In this document: positions 27,477-41,700 of the stretch, one piece after another
Position numbering within the stretch: the stretch's first letter is position 1
Layout of the letters: each line of letters starts with the position of its first letter
Assembly (NCBI GenBank): GCA_048013815.1
Contig: CM106585.1
Coordinates: 18,724,001 to 18,788,000, forward strand
DNA length: 64,000 nucleotides
Direction of reading: 5' to 3'
Source: Setoptus koraiensis
Taxonomy: Eukaryota > Animalia > Arthropoda
The notes under the pieces: model-generated
The model's input: only the letters and a program-made list of their open reading frames with translations
The model's database searches: none
What the model was told of the DNA's origin: nothing
Program-made: the position numbers and the translations under genes

Positions 27477-28622
27477 GTTTCGTCGAAATATATATATATA
27501 TTTATTTCGACGAGGCGCGATATGTGCGCGAGCGATATGAAACGGCCGCTTGCACGCGCGAATTAGTGCCATGCGGTCCGTGCCGGGCTTACGCGCGATA
27601 TCCCATGTTGGCTGGCATTATGTGCGGCCATCACACGTGATATTGTACGTGCCATTATATCATACGCTTATATTATGTGCAATGTTGGCAAGACGCGACG
27701 CGACGCCAAATCTCGCTTTCAAGAATTTACTCTCTCTCTCTCTCTCTCTCTCTGTTCGTCTGTGCACGGCAGAGTCTGTGGCGAGGGCTCTCGTCGTTTT
27801 GCGGCTCTGTGGCACAAAACGATGAACGACCAAAGTGCACATAGCGGCCTCGTATAGCGCGTGTTTGTGTCTGTTGCGCAACAGCACGTATTACGCGGTT
27901 GCTCGTGCACAGATAGAGAGTTTGCTCGTTTAGTTATACCGTGCTGCACCAATCTGTGCCTGTCGTATTCCGACAGTGTGTGCCTCGTATTCCAACAGTG
28001 TGTGTGTGCGTCGTATTCCGACAGTGTGTGTGCCGGGGGAGGAAACAAACAAACTGACAGACAAAAAGAGTGTTGTTGTTGCACTGTGTTTTTCAAGAAA
28101 CTAATCGATTGCGTAATAGCATCCTGCCCCCAACCACGCCATTCATTACTGCCAGCTCCGCCGTCAGCCGTTGTCTATTTGCGGGCCCGACTCGGCTCAC
28201 TGTGCCCGCGTTGACGGCCCCCGAACGACTCGCCGAAGAACGATTCGCACAGAACGACTAGCGGAGAACGACTCGCAGAGGACGGCTCGCCGAGAACAAT
28301 TCGCAAAGAACGACGCGCAGCGAACGACGCGCAGCGAACGACTGCCAGAGAGCGAGTCGCAACGAACGATTCGCAGAGTGCCGCCGACTCGCGCAGCGGG
28401 CCAAAGAATTTAACCTGAGCGCCGAGCAGAAGAGTTTAAAAGGTAATAAGACGATGTGATGGTCGGAGCGGGCTCAGTCGCGACACGACACACACACACA
28501 CACGCTGATAATATACATTTTATTAAGCTATTATTCTCCAATTCTTTTTTCCAGCCTCTCCCCGTTCGCGCTCCCGTCTGATCCGCGGCCCGTTCGCTCT
28601 CCGACTGATCCGACTGATCCGC

Positions 28623-28702
28623 GGGCCCGTTCCATTCGGGGCCCGTTCCATTCGGGGCCCGTTCCATTCGGGGCCCGTTCCATTCGGGGCCCGTTCCATT
28701 CG
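28623..28702. repeat. 16-bp perfect tandem repeat x5
   Basis: (gggcccgttccattcg)5, no spacers. Confidence 0.95.
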
Positions 28703-31700
28703 GGAATCGGGTTCGAATTGGAGAGGCGAGGGGCTCTTTTTTGCGTTGGTTGCGTTCTCGCTGGCAGGGTCATTACTGGGTCGTCTTTTGTTTCTTTCTT
28801 TATTATTTCCATTTTACCAATGTGTTTGCGCCGGCAGTGCGTGTGTCGCTCACTCATTCGATTTGGCGCCAGCTTCTGTCGGGGCCCCTAACTTCTATTT
28901 ATGTCTTGCCAGTGAACTGCTTTTGCAGGCGCCTGATTTAGATTGATTGTTTGGCGCTGTTGTCGCTTGTTACGGCGCCTCGTTGTGCGCGCTGTTTCCG
29001 TTGGGCGGGGGCCCCGCAATTCGGCGGCATCAGCTCGGCGCCGGCAATTGCACAAACTAAGCCCAACAAGCCCGACAAGCCCAACAAGCCCAAACGAAGC
29101 CACTGTGAGGCTGCTGGCGCGTAGCCGGCGAGCCAACGGCGACCACTGTGCCGGTGCGTTGATAATTTGGTTGTTGATAACATCAGAAAGATAAATTCTG
29201 TCTTATTTATCAAATAATTCAATTGCCACCTAGCGCCGCCCAAACACAACAGCAGCACCAACAACAGCAGCACCAACAACAGCACCAACAACAGCATCAA
29301 CAACAGCGCCAGTCAACTAGATACCAGCGCCGGCGCTGGCGAACCGTGACAGCCAACAGCATGTGACACTTGATTGACATGTCTCTTTTTTGTCGTCGCC
29401 ATGGACCTGACAATTGTGAGTCAAGTGCGTTTGCCCTTGTTTGTGCGTTTGCCAGACTTGACTGGCGAGGCCAAGTTTTAATGGCGAAACAAAACAACGA
29501 CGACGAAATATAATAATATAAGAATATAATAATGCCGCTAGAGCGCGCGGAAGTCGATGATATATAATATAGGTTGATTTGTTTGAAAATTTTGAGTGCT
29601 CTCGACAGTCAACTGGCCGGCAAAACGAGCCGAGCTGTCATGCGATTGCCGGTTGTTGGCTGCCGGTTGTTGGCTGCCGGTTGTTGGCTGTTGGCTGTTG
29701 GTTGTTGGCTAGCACGCACACATTGTGTACGTTCGTTAAATAATAACTAGTGGGCGAAAATTGTAAAAGGTGACTCAGGCATAAGTCACCGTTTTGTCCG
29801 CCAGGCGCTCACTTTTGCGTCAAGTGGGGCGCCCATGTCGCACACACACACACACACGCACAGGTGAGCTCTTGTTGGGCATCAGCGAGCGCCTTAAAAA
29901 CGTCACCGGGCCACACACAAACCAATCATAGCTGACCGCTCGTCGGGGCCCCACTGGTGACCCCTCGAGCATGCACACACGCCATTGGAGTGTGTGAGCC
30001 AAGTGAGCGAGCCGAGCAGCGACAAGTGCACATTGCGTAACTTGTCCCTTTGTTTTTGTTTGCTCATTTGTTGTGCGATTTGGGGGCGCTGGCGTACGGT
30101 TTTTTGTTGTTGTCCGTTTGAGTGTGTGTCCGACTGCGTGAGAGCCAGAGAGCCAGAGAACGAGAGAGCGACACTGCTACACTGCGAGGGGCCGAGTAAA
30201 TCGGGCGAAAGTAAGTGCATTAGCGTCGGGGCTTAATAAACATTGGCTTACGTAACTTTTGCTCTTGTCTTGATTATTTTGACCGGGCGGCCCTCATCAG
30301 TTTGCGATGCCCCATGTAACGCGCCGCGCGCGCACATAGCGCGTGCATGTGAGCTTGTCTTAATTTAAACGGCACAGATTAGATTAGATGACCAGTGGAC
30401 CAATGGCTCGTTGGCTGTGGCCCGGACATTGGGGCCCGCCAGCGAGCCGGCACTCACTAGCCGTGAAGCGCTAAACTGGCCCCACGCAGCCGTCTAAAAT
30501 TGGCTCCGAAATCAATAACAGGGCCAAGATTTTAACCCAATGAGCATCGGGCCGCACCATTGATTAAGTGAGCGCAACTGAGCGCCCCCACAAGCGACAC
30601 CCGAAACAATGCCGGCCCCAAGTCCGACTGGCCGCTCCCTCATCGGTCTCCCATCGGTGGCCGCTCTCCCGTTGGCGGCCGCCATCCAATTGGCGGCTTT
30701 GTTGCGACGGCCGGGCTGTTGCGCATTCGGCCGCACTCGGCGCCGTTGGCCGGTTTGTTTGGCTGGCCGGCGTGTATGTTGGCCGGCGGCTCGAGTATTG
30801 CCACTCTCGGAATATTATTATCACTATTATCATTATTGGTGTTGCAGTGAATTAAATTTAGTTGTTTGCCGCCACGGCGAGCCAAGTGCAAATCCAATCA
30901 GCATTAGTATCACGTTTAATTACGCACTATTTCTATCGCATTTCCACTGGACGCCCGTGCAACTTGCCGCCAACTCGCCGCCAACTTGCCGCCTACTCGC
31001 TGCAAACTTGCGCGCTGGGGTCCGCGCGGCTCAAAATTATCCGCACAACAAGATTAGCCGCTCGCGCATTATTGGCGCGTTATTGGCGCCCCGAGACGAT
31101 GATGGATGGGCCGGCGCGACTGTGTGCGCGAGACTATGTTTGATTTGTTGTTGTTGCTGTTGCCGTTTGGCCCCGCGCGAGCCCGCTGTTAACCTTGCAA
31201 ATATCGACGTGCGAGCACGTTGTCGGCTTGGCCCGTTGCCGGTTGCGGCCGCCATTGGCCAAGATTTGTGTGTTTGTGTGCCGGTGCAATCAAGCCCGAT
31301 GATGGATGACCGACAAGGGCCGCTGTCCGCCGCCCGCTATCCGCCGCCCGCTATCCGCTGTACGCTGTGGGCTGTCCGCGGGGAGTCGCTCATCTGGCGC
31401 TCATTATGGGTGTCGTTGGCCGACCGGTGATCGGTCAATTGGCGCGATGGCCGCTGTAAAGTTGCGCGTCGCCGTCGCTGTGGGCCACTCAAACAAAAAC
31501 GAAACTATCCCCGGTTACGTTGACGGTCAGTCGTTTGGCCGGTTGGCCGGTCAGTCGTTGGGTCGACTCGCGCCGAGATTAAATTTACCTGCGCCGCCAA
31601 CTGTCAAGTAGACCAATTGAAATCGGGCCTCGGTGACACAGTCGGCGCTGCTTAGCCGAGCAGCAATCTGAATCAAATTGATGATGATTTTGTCTCAAAT

Positions 31701-34700
31701 TGATTCTCAATGAGCAGCCAAACACTGCGCCGATCATCATCGCATGATGAGAATTGTCAAAAATGCCCGCCAACCAGCCCGATGATGGATGGCCGGCCTG
31801 CCGGCCCGCGCCAGTGGCGCCACCTCTCCTTGGGCCACTCTCATACTATGAGCCTCACATGACGAGCCTCACATCATGAGGCTCATGGTAAGAGCCTCAT
31901 ATTGTGAGGTGGGCCGTCGTGAGTCATACCGTTGGACACGCACAATCGGATATTCATATCACATAATAATATCTGACACTGTATACTGATTGTGTATATG
32001 TGGGCACCATTACGCCGTCAGCTGATGGCCGGAGCTCATGTGATGGTGCCCATGTGATGGTGCCCATGTACGGGCCTCGTATGGGCCTCGTATGGGTCTC
32101 GCATGGGGCGACGGTGTTGCGGATTCATGCGTGGATTGTGCCGTTTCGACACACAACCATAGTAGCCTACGACGACGCCGAGAAGTGACATCGGTCGGCG
32201 GGCATTTTGGTGGCAAACAACTTTTCTGCAAACTGCCCGACGCGCGATGATGTATGAATAATGATTCAATGCGATTTGCAGTTTTGGACGACGACGCCGT
32301 TGTTTGTCGCAATACGTCCGTATGCGACACACAATGTATGCGAGTCGGGCCGGCCTTATATTATGCCCCCGCCGTGTGTATGGGTACACGGCGCGGGCAT
32401 AATATGAGTATTATATTATATAATATAAGTAGTATTTGATGCAGCGGTCATTAATCAAACTATATCAATATCTGCGTCTGTCCGTCCGACTGTCTCATCG
32501 GCTGACTGTCTCGTTGGCTGGCTGTCTCATTGGCTGGCTGTCTCATCGGCTGGCTGTTTGGTGCGCCCGCCGGGACTGTCACACAGGGGAACTGCGACGG
32601 TGACAGTTTACAGTTCTGGCCAGTTTCACTATTGGCACTCGCGGCGCCATAATGATGCCAAATTAAACAGTCAGTCGATGATGTCACTCTCGCGCGTTTG
32701 CCAATATCGCCGATTCTCGTCGAGAGACAAGTTCTCGCGATGTGTGCGACTGTCGTAATACGACAGTCGTATTGCGTTGAACGCCGCGTCGCGCAGAGCT
32801 GATATTGATGATGCCGCGGCGGCGTCGATGCTAATGACGCGCGCCGCATCATCATTACAGGTTTGTCATGTTTGCCATTCTGTGCGACTTACACACTGCG
32901 ACATATACACTGACTTGTGAGTGGCCTCAGCCGGCAAAAAGAATCGTTCGTTGGCTAGCTCGCGCCACTGTCCGCGCGCGCCACACGCAGCTCACAAGTG
33001 GCCCCTCTTTTTACTTGATCGTATTATCATCGCTTTATCCAGTCGCCCATGGCAGTCGCTGATTACGGTCGCTGTTGGCAGTCACTTAGCGTGTGGCAGG
33101 CGCCCCCTGGCGATCACGCCCAGCAATAAACACGTGGTGGCGGCGGCGGCGGCGGCGGCACGTGTTGTTAATAGCAGCGGGCCGCATCAGTCGCCACAGT
33201 TGGTACTATTTGTAGTGTCGCCCCAGTGGAAATTGTCACCGTGTGTTTGCCGGCCCGCCGACATAACGGCGACGCCGCGCCACGTTGTGCCGTTATGCCG
33301 CGCCGTTATGTCGTGTGTGTGTGTGTACATAGTCATCATTATTGCCTTCATTATTATTGTTGTTATAACTACTATTATTGTTATTGTTATTACTATATTA
33401 TATAACGTCAGCGAGTGAGTCAGCCGCGCCAGCTCCTGTCGGGCGCTCGTCGAGCCCCGGCTGTCCGTCTGTCTCTGCAAACAGAGGCACAACAACAACA
33501 ACAGCAACGACAACAACAGCAGCAACAACGACCGATATTTTTTACGCACTTGCACCATTACGCAACTACCGCACTATTGCGCAATAAGCGACACACATTA
33601 TAATAGGCTAGTGTAGCAATATAACAGTAGCAACAACTATATACTAACACTACTGTATATAGTGACTGTTGCCGCTGGCCACCTGGTGGCCGTCGGTGCG
33701 TCGGTGCCGTGCGGTGGCGAGCGTCGCGACAACCAGCGAGTCGCCAAAGCCGCTTGTTGCTCGCCCGGCTCGGCCGCCAGGGGGCCGACCTGGGCAAAAT
33801 GAGGCTGCCAGTCCATGGGCGCGTAATGAGACACACAAGTTATGTAACTTTATTAATGCAAATGCGCCAAACGCGCCAAACGCGCCAAATCGCTAGTGAC
33901 GCGCAAAAGCGCGCTCCAAAGTCAATATAGCAGCGGCGGTTAGTTGTGCGGCATCGCCGCACCGAGTCCGACGCTGCCAATATCAGGCTAAATCGGTGAT
34001 ACAACTTACGTGAGAAGTCCACTGTGCGCAAGCCATGGGGCCCAGTGGGCGCAAGTCAAGTGAAAGTGATAAATGGATTCAATGTTGAGCAGCGTTCAAC
34101 TCGAATGCAAACTCTCGCCGCCATACATGCATATATATTTATATTGTGCCCCATTTATTGTTGTGCATACACACACACAATAGGTGTAATGTAGATGTAA
34201 ACGCAGCCCAGTTGTTGTTTAGTTTTGAATACGTTTATAAGTTGCCCGTTGGCTCATTCCGGCGACCGCCGCAACCAGCCGACCGCCGCAACGAGACCCG
34301 CACCGGGCCGCTGCAAAACATATCGACTCGTGCGCGTAGTGCCAACAAAGACGCAACCATAATCTTTGCCCCGTTCAAATGGGCACCAGCCGGGCAACGC
34401 AGGTGAGTTTCGGGCGCCGGCCCGACACTCACCTGTGCCCGACGCGCTCGCGTTGCGTGTTTGCGCGCGCTGTGAAGTATTCTAGGCGGGCCCCAATCGC
34501 GTGCGCAAATTTGACTGTGCCTCGACTGTGTGCCTTGGCGGCCAAGCCTCGGCTGCCAAGGCTTGCACAAACTTGTCAGTGGTGTGCACAGTGCGCTGTT
34601 GGCAGGCCCAACAGCACACTGTGCACACTGCTCGGCACACAAACTGGCCTGTGTGCCGAGCAGAGATAATTAACGCCACTCTATTATGTAATGTACCGTT

Positions 34701-37700
34701 GGCCTCTTTGTTGTTGGCTCTTACAGTGCTCGCTTGCCGCTTGTTATCATTGTTGTACGCGGCCCGGCTGGCAGGCTGGATATTGTGGATATTGTGCATG
34801 TTGTGGACGTTGTGGCAACAAAACAACGCGCCCCACCGACAACAATGCAGCGCACAAAAATAACAATCTTGACAAGGGGCCCTCTAATGAGCTTGGCCAG
34901 TGGGGCCCGCGCAGCGGTCGGTTTGTTTGTCGTTGTAGCTTGGCGGCTGGCGGGCGGCTCGGGCGGCTTGGCGATTATTATCGGCAGACAAATGACGAGT
35001 ATTATTATTCATTGTCGTTGTTGTTTATGGCGGCGGGCCGGCGCTAGTATCGGCACATAATGTGTCTACGGTGAGGCCTTTATGATGGTCGTGCCCCCCC
35101 CCCCCGCCGCAAGCCCGCGAGCGCCCACTGACAAATGACGAAATGATGGTCGTCAACTTAATTTCAAGGTGATAATGAGCGCTTTGTTTTGTTGCCCCCC
35201 CCCACACCCATTCTGCCCGTTGTTTTGTTGGCCGGCCGCTGGCGGCCCGAAATCAAGTCTAATTTATGTATGTGCGGCGCTGTCTTCGCACAAACAACAA
35301 TGAGATTGTTGTTTATCACAGCCACTCTTTATCACTCGCTCGCGCCCTGATCGACTGGCCTTTTTGGGGCCTTTCGGGGGGCCTTTTGGGCCCTTTGGAG
35401 GCGCCGTCAACTGGGCTCACAATGCGCGCGCGATAAACAGCCAAACAAAGATAAACGCCAGCTCTCTTTATCCAATCTTAATTACATGGCATGATTGTAG
35501 TGGCGGCGGCAGTTGTTGTTGTCGCTGTTGTTGCTGTTGCGGCACACAAAACCGGCCCACGTTTGCGCCCCGTTTGTGTGTATGCCGCGCCTCGATAACG
35601 AGCCCCAACGAAGCAACTTGCGCCCGTCGTGTGCGTCCGCCAGGGCGCACAGCGGCCCGCTCGCCACCCGCAGCCCGCCACTTTCATGCCTATGTGTGTG
35701 TGTGTGTGTGCGAGCGCCAATATAAATATCCGAAGAATTCCTCGTGGCTCCACGTTTTTCCATGCAGCGAGACGTGAGTGTGTGTAGACGTAGATCGAGG
35801 CCAATCGGCTCATTACGTCACGTAGGCCGGCGCGGCGCCATTCGCGCACGGACCAGATTGAGCGCCGCCAAGCCCGGCGCCCGTGCCCACGTCGCTAGGT
35901 GGGCACGGCCGCCCATAGTGCGGCCCGTAGTGCCGCTCTGGTGCGGCTACAACGCGGCTACAACGCGGCTATGGTGCGTACAAAGAGCGCCCATCTATCC
36001 GCAATCAGGGCATTGTGCCATTCTCTGGCGCGCACAAAGGCCGGCGCCAGGGAGAGTGCATAAATTGTTGGGAGGGTGAGCCAAAGGGAGAGTGAGTTAA
36101 TAATAGCACAATGGCCGCTGCCACAGCAACAAAATGAAACATTCATCTTGTCGCCATTCATTTCGGTGCGGCGCCCGTTGCTGGCGGCTCGCCCGCAACC
36201 GCCGGGCACATTGCTCACGCACCAGTATCAACACGCCGCCGCCGCCGCATTACATTGGACTATCAATGGGAGCCGCCCGGTAGTGCTGGCGTTCGGTGGT
36301 GCATTGAGCCAGGAAACGAGGAGAAAATATAGATATTTAATTGATTGCCAGAAGCCCACATTGGAATGACATTTACGAGCAATATAACGGGCACGCTCGT
36401 TCCTTTTGGCCTCTCCCCTCGCCGGCGTGTGTGTTTGTTGTTGTTGTTAATGGCACGCGTGTGATTGGTTTGGGGCCCCATTTTCTTTTTATGATTGCCT
36501 ATTGCGTCGATGCGCGTCTAGCCAGCTGAATGAGTTGTTGTCGTTGTTGGCGCCGTCGGAACAGCAACAACTCGTGTTGTGTAGCGCCACAAGGGGAGCG
36601 AGCGGCGCCAGAAAGGGAGCGAGCGGCGCGAGCAGGCAGAGGGAGACCGCTAAGCGACGATTGTTAATTGTGAATGTATCTGTGCCACTGTTACATAACT
36701 GGCCTAATACATTACATGCAATACAATTGGCTTTTTTGTGACTCTAATTTGGGCGATTGCGATGATTTAAGTCAGTGATTGGCCGTCGCTGTGGCAACTG
36801 TGGGGCCGCGCGCGCAAAACTGCACGACATTGCAGTTAATTCGTGCGTTGTCCATTACGTAATGGCGCCCAGAAGAAGCCAACGACGTCGTTGTTTGTCG
36901 TTGGCACGAACAGCGTCGCTCGTCTGTCTGTTCCGTTTGAGCAGTAAGACAACGACAGCAACAACGACAGCAACAACGACAGCAACAACAGCAACAACAA
37001 CAACGGCAACATCGCCGGACATTAGCTGGCATCAGCGGCCCAGTTGCCAAATTGGCCGAGCCGAGCAAGCGCGACCGTTGGGCCGGCCGACGTTCGGCAA
37101 ACATTGGCCGGCCCGGCGCGATTCGGGCGACCGTTCGGACGCGATTCGGGCGCCCGCTCGGGCGCCCGTTCGGACGCTGGGCCGAGACGCGCCGATTTTG
37201 CAGCCGTAACACTGATAAAAGTTTCAATTCGCTGGCGATCGGCTCCGCCGGCAGCGCAACTTGTTTGCTTCGTCTCGTTTGTGTGCGGGCCCCGCACCTA
37301 AAATTGGCCCGTTGATCATTTGCAGTTTTACGCTTGAGCGCGCCTGATTTGCCGTATTAAATTGGACACACAAGCCAAGCGGTCGGTGGCCAGTCGATGG
37401 CCGCCGCCAATAACCATTGGCACCGTTTATTTATGCCGCTTATTCAACGGTGCGGCCGGCGCGCCGCTTGGCCGCTGTTGCGCCCGCTTGACGGGGCCCC
37501 CTGGGTATTTTATTTGCACTTGCATCGCGCGCCCATCATACCTGCCGGCCGGTCGTGAGCAGTCACAAAGCCGGCCCGGCGTGAGCAGTCACAATGCCGG
37601 CCCGGCGTGAGCAGTCACAAAGCCGGCCGGTCGGATATGAGCAGTCATAATGCCAGCTAATTGGCTTATCTCGGCTCCAGCATCTTGCCCGCCGAGTCGG

Positions 37701-38684
37701 CGGGCCGTTTTCTTGGCCGCCCGCGAGCCAACAGGCTGATCCGGCCCGCTGTCGCAAGAGCCGCCGAGCGCCGCAAGAGCCCGCCGACCGTCGCAAGAGC
37801 CGCCGGCCGTCGCGACGGCCGGCCGGCAATTGTCGGGCACGGGCAATTATGACGATTATAACGGTTGTTGGCTTGCATGGTGCGCCCGATCGTCGGCTCG
37901 GCGTGCGATCCGCAGTTAAACACAGTGAGCTCGTTTGTCTCAGTGTGGCGTGCTGTTTGTTGTCAGCCAATTGCATCATCAATCATTGAGATTATCCCGT
38001 GCGTTCTTTGCTTTCCATTAGCGCTTGTCGTTGTCGCTGATTTTGGCTTTCGGCCGTCGTTTTGGCTCTCGGCCGTCGTTTTGCCTTTCAGCCATCAGTC
38101 GTCAGCCATCGGCCATCGGCTGCCGGCCGCCGGCCCGAGCTCAAGGCCGCCGACAAGCGGACAAGCCGACAAGCCGACGAGCCGAAATGGGCAGTGCAAC
38201 TTTCACTTGCAGCGAGCGAGCGAGCGGGCGGGCCGGCCCGCCAGTCGACTGTTGCTCTGGCCGCTCGACCATATAGCACCGCCACATGGCCGGCGTGGTA
38301 GCGGCCCATTGGGCCCATTGAGTCGCTACAATGCGCGCTGACTGCAATAATTTGCCGGCGCCTCGCGAGCGCAATTATCGCCCGGTTTGTGTGCGCCCGA
38401 AAGCTTGTATCGGTGCCACCAAAACAATTGTGCCCGTGAGCCGGTCGCCACGTTCGTGTTGCGCAACAACAGATAATTCAAATGATGTCAGGCACGAACA
38501 GAACGGCGTTTGGCCGGCCCGCCGAGGGCCTCCGATCGACGGCTCACAATCGACGGCTCACAATCGACGGCTCACAATCGAGGGCCGGATAATACGCAAA
38601 CTGCATCAGGTACATGAAGGGCCGGCCGGGTGGCGCCATCTTGCGGCCGCCGGGCCAGGCCGAACAACGCAGCCGGGCCGGGCC

Positions 38685-38769
38685 GGGCCGAATAATGTCG
38701 ACGGGCCGGATAATGTAGACGGGCCGAATAATGTAGACGGGCCGGATCATGTAGACGGGCCGGATAATG
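38685..38769. repeat. 18-bp tandem repeat x~4.7
   Basis: gggccg(a/g)at(a/c)atgt(a/c)gac at 38685, 38703, 38721, 38739 and 38757. Confidence 0.9.
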
Positions 38770-41700
38770 GATGAGGCGAGTTTCACGTGACACGCTTAAT
38801 TGGCAAACGGTTGAGCCGTAAATGTAAATGAGGTGCCAAGCGTGAAGCTGGCACGGCGACGCGCCGGAGTTCCCATGGGCGCCCCCACCGGGCGCAACTG
38901 TCAGAGGGGCCCTGCGAGAGCCGCTCTGACAGTTTGGTATCGTGGTGGCGCTGGCAGCGTCAGCTGGCATATAACTCACTTAAGCGTATGCATACAAACA
39001 ACGTTGTTTGTGTATTGTTAATCACGAAAGATCATTGTATAAATGCAATAATAATAACAACAATAATAATAATGATAATGTAAATCGTGTGTTGTTGTTG
39101 TTGTTGTGTCGGCCGTGATTGACGGGCGCTCGTTCAATTGCGTTCGATTTGATTTGGCGCCGCTGACACTGATTTTATTTGATCGCTTAATCATACACAA
39201 ACATCTCGTCTTGTCGTGGCATTGAGTGGCGGCCATTGTGTCCGACGGCCAGATCAGATCGGATAAACACACTGTTCATTTCGGGCCCAGTTTGACGGGC
39301 AGCGGCAGCAATATGTCAGTTTGCAGCGACAACAATTACATCCATCTCGCCGGCTCACCTTCGATCGGTCGGCCGCCAAGTGAGTGCTTTTTTGCTCGGC
39401 TGTCGCTCGGTTGTTGCTCGGTTGTTGCCTGGTTGTTGCTCGGCTGTTGCTTGGTTGTTGCTTGGTTGTCGCTCGGTTGTTGCTCGGTTGTTGCCCGGTT
39501 GTTGCGACCGCTTTGCCAGCGACAGCTCACGACTGGCGCTAATGTGCTGCCGCTCCAATCGGTCATTTGAATATCCGAACAATGTCCACACAAATTGCAA
39601 TATGCGAGCATTGCCGGCATGCCAATGTTTGAGCCAGATATCGGCATATTGGACTGCAATAATTGCAGTGCGGCGTGCATATAAAACAGATCGCCATTCA
39701 TACCGACACACTGCACAGTGGTGCTGCTCGTCAACTGTCTTGTGGCAGCAGCGCCGCGACAACCAAGTTTGCCCGTCATGAAATTATGTTTTTGCCCAAT
39801 CTCATTGTTGTTGTTGTTGGCCTGTTGTTGGCCGCTGCGACGGCCGGCCCGACGCTGCCCGATAATCCGTCGCTGCATGCGCAAGGCGACGCTCGCCGCC
39901 GCTTCGATCGAACGCAAGCCTCGAACGAGCGAACGCAAGCCTCGAACGAGCCAAGAAGCACCTTCCAAGTTGCAAGTTCGCGCACACCCGAGAAGCTGCA
40001 AGTTGGCACAGAACCCGAGATTCTCTGTCGGGCTGAGAGTTGCTATGACAACGACAGCAACGACGATCGAAATGCGCACAATCTCCGTGTGATATCACAG
40101 CGTGATCACCGACTGACAGTCGAGCATGTTGTAATTTTGGACAAAAAGTTGAATTGCTAAAAGAAGCGCCGGCTCCCATTGCGACACCAACTTGGCACTC
40201 CGACAGAGTGTGCGATATGGGTCGCCGTTGGCCACGCTGACCAGCAACAGCGGCGGCAACAACAACAGCAACAACAACAGCAGCGGCAACAACAGCAGCG
40301 GCAACAACAGCAGCGGCAACAACAGGGGCGCAGGAAACGTGTGACAGTTGATCCATCACGAGATAGCAGCGAGCCGACATCGTGGGATTAATCTAATTTA
40401 TGGGCCATTTTCGAGCAATAATTGTCACCAGCGGCCAGGTAAACTCTTGTACTTTGTTTGTTTGTTTGTTTGTTGGTGTGCATTGTTGTTGTTCCATCGG
40501 CTGTCGCTCTTCATCAATTGTTGCGGTTTCATCATCGACAAGCGATTAACAGCAACATCAACAACAACAACAACAATGGTTAAAAGCGCCGCCTTATAAC
40601 GCGCGAGCCCGAATCACAGCGAACGGATTTATTATTTACACTTATTTACACCTCGCGCCGTGCCGTTCGAGTTGGCGGCGCCTCGTCGCCAGCTCGAACT
40701 TGCACTGACGGGCGACTTTGTTTGGTCGCATCGACTTTGTTTGGGGGGCCCGCGTGCGCACTCGCCGCTGAGGCGAGAAATAATATCCACTTTGGGGCCG
40801 GATTATCGGCAAACGCCTCCCTCTCTCTCTGCCTTCTTCTTCGCTGCCGCTGCTGCTGCTGGTTCGTGGTCGGCCCAGTGAGGCCCAGTGAGGCCCAGTG
40901 AAGCCCCGCGATGTGCGAGTTCACCCGTCGCCCCATATAGTGAGCCCATATGCTAACTAACGCTGCTGCCCATTGGCGTGTATGACGGCGACTTATATAA
41001 TTGCATTTAAATATCGCACACCTGAGTTGACACGCCACTCCGCTTCTCTTCTGCTCCATATGCCAAGTATTATTGTGTGGATATATAATATTAGATTTAA
41101 TATTAGATTTTTCGTCTCACTGCGATATCTTTGGCTAAATAAGCCGCACGATATGATGTGCGATGCATTACACATCTAATTCTCACTGATTCTCTTCAAG
41201 TCTCTGCAATTTTGTGAGATGCTGGCGTTGCTGAGACGCCTTTAAATCCCTCTATTTGTTGTATTTGTTGTATTTGTCTATCTCACATGTGTGTCAGTGT
41301 ATTGTGCGCCATTTTTTGTTTTGCCCAGCGCGCCAAGTTATGTCATCGCTCAGCCGGGTCCGGCTAACTGGTTGCCTGAGCCGAGGCCACTTGTCAGATG
41401 GTGAGCGCACGCGGGGCCCCAGTTCATCGAAGCGAAACTGGCTGCAACAATAACACTTTTTCTAGCCAACTCTGCTAAGCGATACCCTGGTAAACGATAC
41501 TCTGGTAAACGATGTTTCCTCTTCTAACGGCGAGGCCATACTAATGCCCCCCTGTCCGCCATACAAACCAAATATTTCAATTTGTGTAGCTCGATTGTGC
41601 CCATTGTATGATTGGGCTCGCTTGTTTGTTGGCATTTCCGCTCCGGATCGGCGCTCTCAATTGACCGCTCGAGTGAGCCAACGATGCATTTGCTGCGTCA

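Noticed and set aside
28623-28702. CRISPR-like regular repeat
   Set aside because: Head-to-tail 16-mers with no spacers, no cas genes, eukaryotic context.
35314-35337. TATCACAGCCAC, matching the 5' half of the miR-2/13 family
   Set aside because: The 3' half diverges, and the upstream sequence forms its own hairpin (aaacaacaat/attgttgttt) rather than a complementary star arm.
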